Shown: in pieces, positions 1 through 9,900 of the stretch
How the letters are laid out: each line of letters starts with the position of its first letter
Position numbering within the stretch: the stretch's first letter is position 1
Virus record (IMG/VR): IMGVR_UViG_3300008952_000057
Location: 1-56,738 of that record
Source: a virus
Taxonomy: Duplodnaviria; Caudoviricetes
Reading direction: 5' to 3' (one strand)
DNA: 56,738 nucleotides
Notes under the pieces: generated by a model
Seen by the model: only the letters and a program-made list of their open reading frames with translations
The model's database searches: none
What the model was told of the DNA's origin: nothing
Made by a program: the position numbers and the translations under genes

Positions 1-944
1 ATCTTACGAGTATCTGTTTCTTCATAACGTGTATTTTCAGGAACGTTTGTTATTGAATCTTTTTCATTTGTTGTTGTTGTATAACCACTACCTCCTACAT
101 CATCTCCACCTGAATTACCTTGAGCTCCTCCTCCAGAACCACCATCAAAACCTGTACCACTATTAACAATCCAACTACCACCTCCTCCACCACCTAAAGA
201 TGTTATATCTGCAAATACTGAATTACCACCATTTGCTGGTGTAGTCGAAGAACCAGCACCAACACCACCAGCTCCAACGGTTACTGTATATGTGCCACTA
301 GTCATTGCTGTTTTAGTTCCTGTTCTAAATCCTCCAGCTCCACCTCCTCCTGCATATCCCCAATTATCTTTTGAAGCACCACCTCCAGCTACAACAAGAT
401 ATTGAACATCTGCTGTTCCTGATGATATTGTGAAAGAACTTGAACTTGTTGAAGTGTATGTTAGTATAGTGTATGAACCTGTTGTAGTTGAAGTAGCATT
501 TGATGAACTAAAACTTGCTGATGTTAATAATTTTAATATTACAACTCCTGATGCACCGTTTGGATAATTAGTACCACTATTACCACCTCCACCAGCTCCA
601 CCACCATAACTACTTGTTGGTTCTGAACTTGGAGCATTGGTCGTGCCACCGTTTCCACCTCCACCAAGTCCTCCAGTTGATGCACCTGATGCTTCGCCAG
701 CTCCACCTCCACCACCAGCTAAATAATAACTACCACCTGATGATTCACCATGAGTTGAACCTACAATGGGATTTACTTTTCCTATTCCACCATTTTTGTT
801 ACCTGAACCTGTTGCTGTTCCTCCAGCTCCTCCTCCTCCAGCTGATTGTGTTGTTGAAGTAGCATTACCACCAGCATATCCTTGTATTTCTGGGTTTGCC
901 GTAGAACTTCCTTGGATTCTACCACCGTCAAGATATTCTACCAT
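1..944 (-). CDS. Gly-rich tail fibre/receptor-binding protein, 3' end outside window
   Basis: Not in ORF track. Open frame from ATG at 944 (MVEYLDGGRIQGSS...) to position 1, with Gly-rich YLVVAGGG/GGGGAGG motifs. Ends in ITNVPENTRYEETDTRK, a motif shared with the fibres at 55-56.7 kb. Confidence 0.75.
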   Translation of the reverse strand, partial: MVEYLDGGRIQGSSTANPEIQGYAGGNATSTTQSAGGGGAGGTATGSGNKNGGIGKVNPIVGSTHGESSGGSYYLAGGGGGAGEASGASTGGLGGGGNGGTTNAPSSEPTSSYGGGAGGGGNSGTNYPNGASGVVILKLLTSASFSSSNATSTTTGSYTILTYTSTSSSSFTISSGTADVQYLVVAGGGASKDNWGYAGGGGAGGFRTGTKTAMTSGTYTVTVGAGGVGAGSSTTPANGGNSVFADITSLGGGGGGSWIVNSGTGFDGGSGGGAQGNSGGDDVGGSGYTTTTNEKDSITNVPENTRYEETDTRK

Positions 945-956
945 ATACTAGAACAC

Positions 957-3545
957 CTACGCTATCTGCACTTCTGTGTCTGCTGTTCCGTTCTTTTTGA
1001 TTTTGACAAAGACACCTTCATTATTTGTGTCCTCAGCTCCACCAGAGGTTTTTAATGGTCTAATGTAAACTGATCTTGTAGTTCCACTAGCTCCACCACC
1101 TGAATAATCGTAAGCCTGTAATGTGTAATCATGTGTTGATGTTGCTCCACCACCAGCACTTCCCCATTCCAATACATTTGCAGATGACGATAGTTTTAAT
1201 ACTTCACCTGCTGAACCTGTTTCTACTGGCATTTCCAATGTATAACTTGTTGTTACTGCTGATGGTGCTTCAAATCCTACATATTCACCACCACTAGCAT
1301 CTTGTAATCTTAAGTCTCCTTCTGCTGTGATATCTACTTGGGTTGCTGTAACTGCTCCTGCACTGTTTGCTCCTATAGTTGTACCGTCTATTGCTCCTCC
1401 ATCTATATTAACACTGTTTGCTGCTTGTGTAGCTATAGTTCCTAATCCCAATGAACTCCTTGCTGTAGATCCTGACTCTGCTACAAAGTTAGAACCATCT
1501 CCTACAATAAAGTTTCCATCACCAGCAGTTAACCCTGATACGTCAGCTAACTGTGCATCGTAAGCTTGAACATCAGTGCCTATTGCTAGTCCTAACGATG
1601 TTCTTACTGTTGAACCTGATTCATAAGCGAATGCTCCAGATCCAGTTGCTACAATGAATTGTCCATCTGATGCTGGTGCTTCAAGTGTTGCCAAGTCTAC
1701 AAGACCACCTACTTGATTTGCTGTTAATGCTGCAAGTGTGTCTAATTGGGCATCATAAGCTTGAACATGTGTTCCTATAGTTAATCCTAATGAAGTTCTT
1801 ACAGTAGCTCCTGATTCATATGCAAATGCTCCAGCTCCTGTTGCAACTATAAATTGACCGTCACTTGCTGGTGCCTCTAATGTTGCTAAATCAACTAATC
1901 CAGCTACTTGGTTAGCTGTTAAGGCTGCAATACTATCTAATTGTGCATCGTAAGCTTGAACGTCTGTACCTATTACTAAACCTAAGTTTGTTCTTGCTCC
2001 ACCTGCTGTTGATGAACCTGTACCTCCATGTGCTACTGCTACATCTGTTGCTTCCCATGTTCCTGTTGCAATAGTTCCCACACTTGTAAGACTTGAAGAT
2101 ACTATTGTAGAACCTAATGTTGTTCCACCTAATATTTCTGTACCGTTAATTTTGAATACCTTACCACTTGCAATGTCTATGTTTTCTGAAATATCAAAGT
2201 CGCCTGTTGCACTTGTCCATGTGATTGTTTTATCACCATCAGAACCACCTTCAATTAAAATACCACCACCGTTTGCTGTTGAGTTTGATGGACTAGAGAC
2301 TTTTGCAATTTCAATTTGTTTATCTGCTACTTCTAATGTTGTTGAATTAATGGTTGTTGTAGTTCCATTTACTGTTAAATCACCTGTTATTGTTACATCA
2401 TTTGGTAGTCCTACTGTTACAGTTCCACTACTTTCTGCTACTTCTACTTCATTACTTGTTCCACTGAATGTGACTGTTCCACCCAATGCTGTTGCTGTTG
2501 AATTAGAACCATCTGATACTGTTATACTTGAATTCACTAATTTTGAATTTGCGATAGAACCTGCTAACTTATCATTAGAAATTGAACCTGCTAACTTATC
2601 GTTAGAAATTGAACCTGCTAACTTATCGTTAGAAATTGAACCTGCTAACTTATCATTAGAAATAGAACCTGCTAACTTATCGTTAGAAATTGAACCTGCT
2701 AATTCATCGTTTGATACACCTGAATCCTTGATTGTTACTGCTCCACTTGTTACTGAAAAGTTATCAGAACTGAAACTTGCCACACCTTTTGCACTTGTGG
2801 TTGCATTGTCACCATCTATTGTTATTGCTTGATTTGATGCAGTTGTAGTTATACCTGAACCACCTGATATTGTTAATGATTGACTGTCTAAATCAATAGC
2901 ACCTGTACCAGAATCGCCTGCTGTATCTAAGTCCTGTGCTGTTACTTGAGAATCTACATATGCTTTAATTGATTGTTGTGTTGCTAAGTGTGTTGCACTG
3001 TCACTTGACATATTATCTTCGTCTTTAATTGCGTTTGTATCTGTCATGTCAATTGACAAAGTTGCTGCAGATTTTGACAGACCTGTACCAGCTATAACTG
3101 GAGATCCACCATATTCATACCAGTAATTTCCTTTTCTAACTATTATTGTTGGAACTTTCTCATCAAGTGTTTTGTTTGCCTCACCTAGAAGTACTACTTC
3201 ACCAGCGTTTGATGGTGTGCCTGATGTATGTGTTAATGTTATTGTATCACCTGTATCTGCAAATAAGTATAAGAAATCATATTCATTTGTATTTGTATTT
3301 GTTAATTTTGTAATTGTATCTGATGTACTGCTGTTTGCTGCACAAACAACTATACTATCTGTTGGTGTTAATGTACCATCTCCAGCTATTGTTATTGTTG
3401 CATTAGCTGGTGAGAAACCAAGAATACCTTTATTGTCTAGATCTTCATTCCACTCGTTAGTACCTACTTCAGAAGTACCATCATCAACTACAGTTACAAC
3501 TTTAACGTGTCTACCCCAACCTGTGCCTGCTGTTCGTTTAGCCAA
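957..3545 (-). CDS. Long tail fibre protein
   Basis: 862 aa, S/T/G/A-rich, with fibre-type motifs (LATQQSIKAYVD, VAHGGTG...ARTNLGL, IGTDVQAYD) and internal repeats. Lies distal to baseplate genes. Confidence 0.8.
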   Translation of the reverse strand: MAKRTAGTGWGRHVKVVTVVDDGTSEVGTNEWNEDLDNKGILGFSPANATITIAGDGTLTPTDSIVVCAANSSTSDTITKLTNTNTNEYDFLYLFADTGDTITLTHTSGTPSNAGEVVLLGEANKTLDEKVPTIIVRKGNYWYEYGGSPVIAGTGLSKSAATLSIDMTDTNAIKDEDNMSSDSATHLATQQSIKAYVDSQVTAQDLDTAGDSGTGAIDLDSQSLTISGGSGITTTASNQAITIDGDNATTSAKGVASFSSDNFSVTSGAVTIKDSGVSNDELAGSISNDKLAGSISNDKLAGSISNDKLAGSISNDKLAGSISNDKLAGSIANSKLVNSSITVSDGSNSTATALGGTVTFSGTSNEVEVAESSGTVTVGLPNDVTITGDLTVNGTTTTINSTTLEVADKQIEIAKVSSPSNSTANGGGILIEGGSDGDKTITWTSATGDFDISENIDIASGKVFKINGTEILGGTTLGSTIVSSSLTSVGTIATGTWEATDVAVAHGGTGSSTAGGARTNLGLVIGTDVQAYDAQLDSIAALTANQVAGLVDLATLEAPASDGQFIVATGAGAFAYESGATVRTSLGLTIGTHVQAYDAQLDTLAALTANQVGGLVDLATLEAPASDGQFIVATGSGAFAYESGSTVRTSLGLAIGTDVQAYDAQLADVSGLTAGDGNFIVGDGSNFVAESGSTARSSLGLGTIATQAANSVNIDGGAIDGTTIGANSAGAVTATQVDITAEGDLRLQDASGGEYVGFEAPSAVTTSYTLEMPVETGSAGEVLKLSSSANVLEWGSAGGGATSTHDYTLQAYDYSGGGASGTTRSVYIRPLKTSGGAEDTNNEGVFVKIKKNGTADTEVQIA
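1561..1990 (-). repeat. 195-bp (65-aa) repeat, ~2.3 copies, within tail fibre
   Basis: taagcttgaac recurs at 1561, 1756 and 1951. Protein unit is GL.IGT.VQAYDAQL...LVDLATLEAPASDGQFIVATG.GAFAYESG.TVRTSL. Confidence 0.9.
2557..2712 (-). repeat. 27-bp tandem repeat x6 (LAGSISNDK)
   Basis: gaacctgctaa starts at 2557, 2584, 2611, 2638, 2665 and 2692. Confidence 0.95.
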
Positions 3546-3681
3546 GTTTTACCACCACGTTTTCACCCATTTTTATTTTAGCGTTCATACCAGAATCTCT
3601 TTGGTATCTAGTTCCTTGATTAGGTGTTAATATATGATTAATACTGTTTAAAAGTTCAAAAACTTTAGCCATTCCAGCCAT
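3538..3681 (-). CDS. 47-aa hypothetical protein
   Basis: MAGMAKVFELLNSINH...VVVKLG fills the gap between tail genes and overlaps the TTG start of the fibre gene. Confidence 0.6.
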   Translation of the reverse strand: MAGMAKVFELLNSINHILTPNQGTRYQRDSGMNAKIKMGENVVVKLG

Positions 3682-3685
3682 GAGA

Positions 3686-4237
3686 TTATACTCCTGTAAA
3701 TGTATGATTAACGAATATTTTTAGTGTGTCGGATGCTGTTTTGTCGAATGAAGTGATACTATAATGTGTTAATAATTTTGTTCCACTTGCTGGACTTCCT
3801 CCACCTACGTGAATACAACCACCAATTATTCCAGTTGCGTTAAAATGACCAGTTTCCCAACTTGTTCTCCATGTTACGATATCTGCTCCTGAACCTGTGT
3901 TATCACCGTCACCATCACTTACTTTTGGATAACCAGTATCTATAGCTCTTCTTGATGTTGTTACAGGTGTTGTTACATCTCCATAAGTGTCATCTTTTGC
4001 TGGAGTTGCTGAACCTGTTCTGAGTTCCATTCTACCATTAGAACCACCAAAGTCGCTTGTTGGTGTTGTCTCTACAGCTTGTTGTGCGTAATATAAATCG
4101 CCATCATTTGTTACAATATTATGAGTGTGATACCATGTCTTCTTACCAGTCTCGGTGTTCTCTTTAACAATACAAATGTTCAAATCTGGGTTAATCCAAG
4201 TTGATACTGGTGTATCCGATTCTGTTAGAGTTATCAT
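3686..4237 (-). CDS. Tail tip/baseplate structural protein
   Basis: HNIVTNDG...KTASDTLKI motifs are typical of viral tail-associated proteins. Start moved to ATG 4237, 23 nt from a TATA box. Confidence 0.55.
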   Translation of the reverse strand: MITLTESDTPVSTWINPDLNICIVKENTETGKKTWYHTHNIVTNDGDLYYAQQAVETTPTSDFGGSNGRMELRTGSATPAKDDTYGDVTTPVTTSRRAIDTGYPKVSDGDGDNTGSGADIVTWRTSWETGHFNATGIIGGCIHVGGGSPASGTKLLTHYSITSFDKTASDTLKIFVNHTFTGV

Positions 4238-4275
4238 ATATCTCATTCCTGATTGGAGTATATAAAGATTTTTTC

Positions 4276-6591
4276 CTATGTGAGTGTCTTCGTAACACTG
4301 CTTTTTAAACCTGATACCTCTTGACCAAATAATTGCTCCAAGTCCTTGACATCTAAAGCATATTCTCCCACTCGTAAAACAGTTCTATTTTCTGGATAAA
4401 ACCATTCAATACCCATTACTTCAAGCCTATCACTATGATAACCTGATTTAGATACAGTTGTTCCCTGTGGATCTTTTATAATTCTTGTTGTATGATTAAA
4501 ACCTCTTATACCACTACCTAAAAATACACCCATATTTTCTCTTACATGATTAATAAGTGTACCGAATTCTACTCTATATCCTTTTTTAACATTATAAAGA
4601 TTATCTCCAACACTCTTTGCTAAAGAATAAAGATTCTTTCTACTTTTAAACTGTGGTGCTATTACTGTTAAAGTTCTTAAACCACTTTCTGTTATAGATG
4701 CAGTTCTTGAATATTTCTGTGTGTTAGACAGTTCTTCGTATTCATATTCAATTACAAGTGATGATGATGGAGAAGTTCCCATAATTATGGTTTTTGACTC
4801 CATATTAACATAAAACTGAGTTGACGAAGGGGAACTTGCATTTCCACTAGAGTCATATTCTGTTATCTGTTCTAATACAGTACCATCTTTTGTCACAGTA
4901 ACAGAACCAATAGGAGTATATGTTAAAGCTTCAGATGTTCCAAAAGGGCTTGATTTAGTCTCTTTAACTCTATATGCGAACGTAGTTCCAACTGCTATAA
5001 CGTTATTTATTTGTTTCATTTCATCTGCTAAATCTTCCATTATTCTTACACCATTAATACCATGTATGTAATTAGTAAACATAACTAGGTGTTGTTTTGC
5101 TTTTTCTAAAGCTAGTACTTTTGTAGGAAATGCAAAAAATCTAGTATCTTGGTCTTCTATTAAATTACATAATTTGATAAGATTAACTAGTTGACCATTA
5201 GCGACAAATTTTGATATTGTCTTACTCTTTTTATCTGACCCTTCAGGATCAACTATATTGGTGACATCACCACTAGTACCATCACCACTTGATAAATCAC
5301 CGTCAATGTATGTTCTAAACTCTGGATCTGCACTTCTTATTAAATCGTTTACGACACCATATGCAGATGTGCTTGTTAATACATTCTTATTACCTGTTCT
5401 TGTTGATTCTTCCCAAGTTTGTGCTGACTGATACCATATACCCTCTTCTAAATCACCGTTAGATTCTCTCTGTTTTTCAGTGACTTTCATCTGCATCATT
5501 ATCTTTGACGTACCATTTATCACTATTTCTTTCTTATTTGTTTTCTCTTTCTTCCTTACACACACACCGTTTAATTTCATTGTCATAGGTTGTGGTTTTG
5601 ATGTTCTTACTTTTTCACTGTCACGTTCTAATGTTCCACCTGCATATACCCTACATTGACCCATATAACATATTGCATTATTACTTCCGTTATAATCAGC
5701 TCCTATTGTAATATTTCCTGTATTATCTAAACTGGCTGCATAACTCTGTTGTTTTACTTTAATACCATCAACAAAAATCTGTATGTTATCAGAAGAATCT
5801 CTCTTTACTCTTACAAGTGTCCAATCCATTGAAGCACCCAATCCTGTATGAACAGGATCACTAGTTGGATTAGAATAATTAATATCTGTTGTTGTACTAG
5901 CTGTTGTTGCCTGTACTTCTATATGCCCATCATCTGTTATTGTAGGAAGAACATAAAATATTTCTAAACCAGTAGTTCCATCTCTCTTACTAAATAGACA
6001 TTTCTTTGTACCTGATTCAGTACCATCATATCTTCTTAACCAAATATAAATATCAAAATGGTCTCTTAAATTTACTATATTTGAACCACTTTGTTGTGGG
6101 TATACTTTATTTGCTATCCTAATCTTTGAACTAACACTTGATGTTGACCCATCTGCAGCCGTACCAGTAGTTCCATCTAATTTTAACACCCAGCATTCAG
6201 CAAATTTTCTATCTTTCGTTGCTGAACTTGAATAATTTGAGTGCCAATTAAAAGTTGTTGAATTACCTTCATTCTCAAACTCTCCTTGGAATTGTTTGAA
6301 AAAATATCTACTTGCACTTTCATTATCCCATAATTTATAACCTGATTCATCTCTTCCACTCATTTGAAAATTCCAAATACCTTTTAGATATTGTGTATTA
6401 CATACATCTTGTATATATGCAACTTCATCACCTTGTTCTATATCATATTTAGATGGAACTATAACAGTTCCACTATCAACTGCTCTCACTCCCTCTCTTT
6501 TTATTCTTGCCTTGATAACCTGTGCTGGTTTTATTGATGTTACTGTACCAGATGAGTTTTTTTTGGTAACCATTAATTTTACATTACTCAT
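4276..6591 (-). CDS. Baseplate hub/Tal-like protein with inserted LamG (concanavalin-like) domain
   Basis: Two genes downstream of the tape measure. Central WTLVRVKRD...IFVDG...ITIGAD...MGQCRVY is LamG-like. Start likely MSNVKL (ATGA overlap). Confidence 0.6.
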   Translation of the reverse strand: MSNVKLMVTKKNSSGTVTSIKPAQVIKARIKREGVRAVDSGTVIVPSKYDIEQGDEVAYIQDVCNTQYLKGIWNFQMSGRDESGYKLWDNESASRYFFKQFQGEFENEGNSTTFNWHSNYSSSATKDRKFAECWVLKLDGTTGTAADGSTSSVSSKIRIANKVYPQQSGSNIVNLRDHFDIYIWLRRYDGTESGTKKCLFSKRDGTTGLEIFYVLPTITDDGHIEVQATTASTTTDINYSNPTSDPVHTGLGASMDWTLVRVKRDSSDNIQIFVDGIKVKQQSYAASLDNTGNITIGADYNGSNNAICYMGQCRVYAGGTLERDSEKVRTSKPQPMTMKLNGVCVRKKEKTNKKEIVINGTSKIMMQMKVTEKQRESNGDLEEGIWYQSAQTWEESTRTGNKNVLTSTSAYGVVNDLIRSADPEFRTYIDGDLSSGDGTSGDVTNIVDPEGSDKKSKTISKFVANGQLVNLIKLCNLIEDQDTRFFAFPTKVLALEKAKQHLVMFTNYIHGINGVRIMEDLADEMKQINNVIAVGTTFAYRVKETKSSPFGTSEALTYTPIGSVTVTKDGTVLEQITEYDSSGNASSPSSTQFYVNMESKTIIMGTSPSSSLVIEYEYEELSNTQKYSRTASITESGLRTLTVIAPQFKSRKNLYSLAKSVGDNLYNVKKGYRVEFGTLINHVRENMGVFLGSGIRGFNHTTRIIKDPQGTTVSKSGYHSDRLEVMGIEWFYPENRTVLRVGEYALDVKDLEQLFGQEVSGLKSSVTKTLT

Positions 6592-7433
6592 GTTGTTGCA
6601 CTTCCAGCATTTTGCCAATCAGACCATTCACCCTTGAGATAATCAGAACCTTTTGCTGCAACTCTTACACTGTATGTTTTATCAGCAATTATACCATCTG
6701 AAGAACCTAGATTGAAACTCACATTACCAGATATTGAAGAATCAGTCGAATTATACTTTTTCCATGGACTTCTTGAGCCTCTTCCTCCTATGTAGTTAGA
6801 GTATTGTATATAGTAATTAACAATGTTATTTGAACCACCTTTATCTACTGGTAAACTAATGGTTAATGGTATGGTTGTTCCACTAACAGTGCCAATAGAG
6901 AATGATGGTTCACTTGGAATATCTTCATCCAAAGAGGTTATTGTATCTCCTACAAGGAAACTAATTGTACAAACTGCTGTAGCTGGAGCGCTGGAATCTA
7001 TAACTATTGATATATTATTAACAAATCCGTAAAATGTTAAATCATCATCTCCATCTTCACTGTATTTTATCTGTAATTTGTAATGGTCATCTATACTTTT
7101 TCCTTGCATATCTTGTTTTAAAAAATCTATTTGATCTCTCACAGTATAATTTGCATTAGCGACGACATCAGAAGCACCTTGACTATATGTGGTTGGAGAA
7201 CTTGCAGATTCAGGCTTAATTACAAAACTGTATGATATAGCAGTGGTGTTTCCTTCAACCTTGACAAGAATATTTTCCGTATCACTTTCTTCTGGTAATG
7301 GCATAGGCGATATAGGTGTTCTCAAATCTATGTTGAGGTTTGTGAAGTTTCTCATAACAAACGTATGTTGCTCGTTAGTTGTGGCAGCATCTTGTTCTTG
7401 CGTTTCTAATAATGCAAGTCTTACACTAACCAA
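6588..7433 (-). CDS. Distal tail (Dit)-like protein with C-terminal FN3 domain
   Basis: Directly follows the tape measure. C-terminal P.D.GGS..I..Y.IQY...YSVRVAA...GEWS matches the FN3 pattern. Confidence 0.55.
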   Translation of the reverse strand: MVSVRLALLETQEQDAATTNEQHTFVMRNFTNLNIDLRTPISPMPLPEESDTENILVKVEGNTTAISYSFVIKPESASSPTTYSQGASDVVANANYTVRDQIDFLKQDMQGKSIDDHYKLQIKYSEDGDDDLTFYGFVNNISIVIDSSAPATAVCTISFLVGDTITSLDEDIPSEPSFSIGTVSGTTIPLTISLPVDKGGSNNIVNYYIQYSNYIGGRGSRSPWKKYNSTDSSISGNVSFNLGSSDGIIADKTYSVRVAAKGSDYLKGEWSDWQNAGSATT

Positions 7434-9333
7434 GGCTACTAAACGTCCTCTTACCGTTTACCATTTTATCTGTTACGTTATCTATTGCCTCAGTTGTAAT
7501 TGTATCTGCTTGAATTATTATTTGATGATTTGGTGTACTAGATGGAGGAGGTGTACCCATTCCCCAATCACCTGAAAGTATTTGACCTGTTGATGGTATA
7601 CCTCCAATATCCCCCCATCTGTCAACTAATGGGTCTTTTGTTCCTGACATCCATGGATAAATCTCAGATGCTTGTCCATGCATTTGTTTGTTAAATTCAG
7701 TCATTTCTGGTGCGTTTGCTGCATTGAAAATATCATATCCCATCTTACCTGAAGCTAAATCCCATAAGTTAAGTATTGTTGCTGCTTTACTTAAAGCACT
7801 TACTGGCACTGTAAATTTGCTACCTCTTGGTGGTCTATCTAGTTCCTTTAAAGGAGTTTTTACTACATCATCAGATGTTGGTGGTATCTTAGTTTTTGAT
7901 AATGCATCTTGTGTCTCTTGAATTATTTTTATTAAAGGTTGCAATGATTTTGGAATCTGTAATTGTAATTTTGGTAGTTTAGGAATAGAACCTTTAATTC
8001 TTAACGCATTAGATACTCTTCTCCAATAACTAGCTTTTGGAGCTTTCATTGTTAAGGCATTAGAAATCCTACTCCATAAACTCGGTCTAGCCATTTTTGC
8101 CAAATTTGCTACAGCATTCTTACTAAATATTTGTATCTTACCACCTTTCTTTTTAAAATATGCAAATATTCCAGCAGCGACGGCAGCACCTGCTGCTGTC
8201 ATTCCTTCAAAGCTAGTTGCAATGTCAATTACTTTGGTTAAAAAGTTACCTATATCTCCACCTAATTTTCTCATTAATGGCATATATTCCTGATAGAATG
8301 GTATAATGAACTTTCTTAGTAATAATATAAGTATAGGTCTAAATAAGAAACCAAAGAAGTCACCTATAGGTCTCAACACTAACATAACACCAAAGTCTAA
8401 AAGTTTAGCCATTTGTTTTAGCATTGGTGATGAATCTAATGCCTTTCTAAATGCTTTTGTTAGTAATGCGACACCAGCTATTCCTAAACCAGCCATTGCC
8501 ATTCCCCTAGGAGTAGATGCATCTGGTGTAATCCTATCTATTTTTTTTAATATTTTACCAAGTATTGTGTTTTGTGCTGCCATGGCATTTGATAAATTGA
8601 CACCTTCATTGGCTGCAAGACTACTAGCAGTTGCTTGAGCCACTGGATCATGACTCATTCTTGCTTGTTCAATCTTTGCTTTTATTGATGGGTCTATATG
8701 CATTAATTTTAACATATCATCATATTTAGAAAACGTATCAGTTGTTTTTAGAACTTGTTTTATACCTTGAAAAAAACTTCCACCACTACCTAATGTAGAC
8801 AAGAATGATCTATTAAGCATTCTCTGATTTTTTAATTGATCATCCAGTCTAATAAGTTTCGCATGTTCTTGTTGTACTTGCGTATGCCATAGTGTTTTTT
8901 GATATTGTGAATCTGCATCTATTTGTGCAATACGTTCTCTACTGTATTGTCTTGTTGTCTTTCCCTCTTCACTTAAATCCTTACCTTGTTTCATTCCACC
9001 TTTGGCATCAGTCCATATTTTGAAGTATTTTGTAATAATCTGATTGTGATTTTTCATTGTATTATCATTCAATGTTTTAACTTCTTTTAATAGGTCTTCT
9101 AGGTTTTTCTCATCACCCTTACTACTACCTCCAAAGCTTTTAATCTTAGATAAGTCTACTCTTAACTTTGCTAATGTTTTATTCAACTCCCTCATCTGGT
9201 CAGACATTGTTTTTGCTTCCTTTAGAGTATCTCTATTCCATTTCATGTCCATATCTTTGAACAGTTGTTTCAATTTATTCATGGATTTGGAATCAACTTC
9301 CAACTCCATCTTTACTTTATAATTTCTAGCCAT
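7426..9333 (-). CDS. Tail tape measure protein
   Basis: 635 aa, helical, with central hydrophobic segments. Follows the tail tube and chaperone pair. Confidence 0.75.
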   Translation of the reverse strand: MARNYKVKMELEVDSKSMNKLKQLFKDMDMKWNRDTLKEAKTMSDQMRELNKTLAKLRVDLSKIKSFGGSSKGDEKNLEDLLKEVKTLNDNTMKNHNQIITKYFKIWTDAKGGMKQGKDLSEEGKTTRQYSRERIAQIDADSQYQKTLWHTQVQQEHAKLIRLDDQLKNQRMLNRSFLSTLGSGGSFFQGIKQVLKTTDTFSKYDDMLKLMHIDPSIKAKIEQARMSHDPVAQATASSLAANEGVNLSNAMAAQNTILGKILKKIDRITPDASTPRGMAMAGLGIAGVALLTKAFRKALDSSPMLKQMAKLLDFGVMLVLRPIGDFFGFLFRPILILLLRKFIIPFYQEYMPLMRKLGGDIGNFLTKVIDIATSFEGMTAAGAAVAAGIFAYFKKKGGKIQIFSKNAVANLAKMARPSLWSRISNALTMKAPKASYWRRVSNALRIKGSIPKLPKLQLQIPKSLQPLIKIIQETQDALSKTKIPPTSDDVVKTPLKELDRPPRGSKFTVPVSALSKAATILNLWDLASGKMGYDIFNAANAPEMTEFNKQMHGQASEIYPWMSGTKDPLVDRWGDIGGIPSTGQILSGDWGMGTPPPSSTPNHQIIIQADTITTEAIDNVTDKMVNGKRTFSSLG

Positions 9334-9359
9334 ATATAATACACCAAACGATTATAGTA

Positions 9360-9569
9360 TTAAAGTTTTCGAGGATTACGCATACCTGTCAAGCGTGTTT
9401 CTCTTTCATTAAGAGCCTGAACATGTTTATGAACCTTGATTAAACTAGCTAAATATTGAGCAGATTGTCTGTCTACCGTTTCTTTCGCCCAGCCGAACTC
9501 TTTGGCGAAGAAGTAGTAGAACTCTGCTGTATCTCGAAATCCTCGTTTCCTACGAAGCTTACCATCCAC
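9360..9569 (-). CDS. Tail assembly chaperone, -1 frameshift extension (T-like)
   Basis: Overlaps 9473..9868 in the -1 frame, has an EFGW.KETVD motif, and sits just before the tape measure. Confidence 0.7.
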   Translation of the reverse strand: MDGKLRRKRGFRDTAEFYYFFAKEFGWAKETVDRQSAQYLASLIKVHKHVQALNERETRLTGMRNPRKL

Positions 9570-9868
9570 TGCTCCAAATACTTCGATAAAGGGTAGTCTT
9601 TGAGTACCCCTCCAAGCACCTGATTGACAACACTAGATTTTAAATTTCTTAATGCGACAACATCTCCTGTTTTAAACGGAGCCTTTTTTATTGTACTTAA
9701 TAGTACTTTTGTTCTATATTCTGGTAAATTAACTTTGGGTTTTGTTACATCTGTAAGATCAATTGATGAATTAATTATTGACTCCATCTCACCAAAAGTT
9801 AAGTCGTCTTCATATTCTATTATTTCATCTTTACCTTCATATTTTATAGTAAATGATTTTAATACCAC
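9473..9868 (-). CDS. Tail assembly chaperone (G-like)
   Basis: 131 aa between tail tube and tape measure, with a low-complexity S/T/K tail after the putative shift site. Confidence 0.7.
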   Translation of the reverse strand: MVLKSFTIKYEGKDEIIEYEDDLTFGEMESIINSSIDLTDVTKPKVNLPEYRTKVLLSTIKKAPFKTGDVVALRNLKSSVVNQVLGGVLKDYPLSKYLEQWMVSFVGNEDFEIQQSSTTSSPKSSAGRKKR

Positions 9869-9900
9869 AGAAAATGTTTTTTATTCACCAATATAAGTGT

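Noticed and set aside
614-3630. Plus-strand ORFs over the fibre genes (and similar ones at 9932, 45436, 50867, 54313)
   Set aside because: Antisense shadows of real genes, caused by codon bias.
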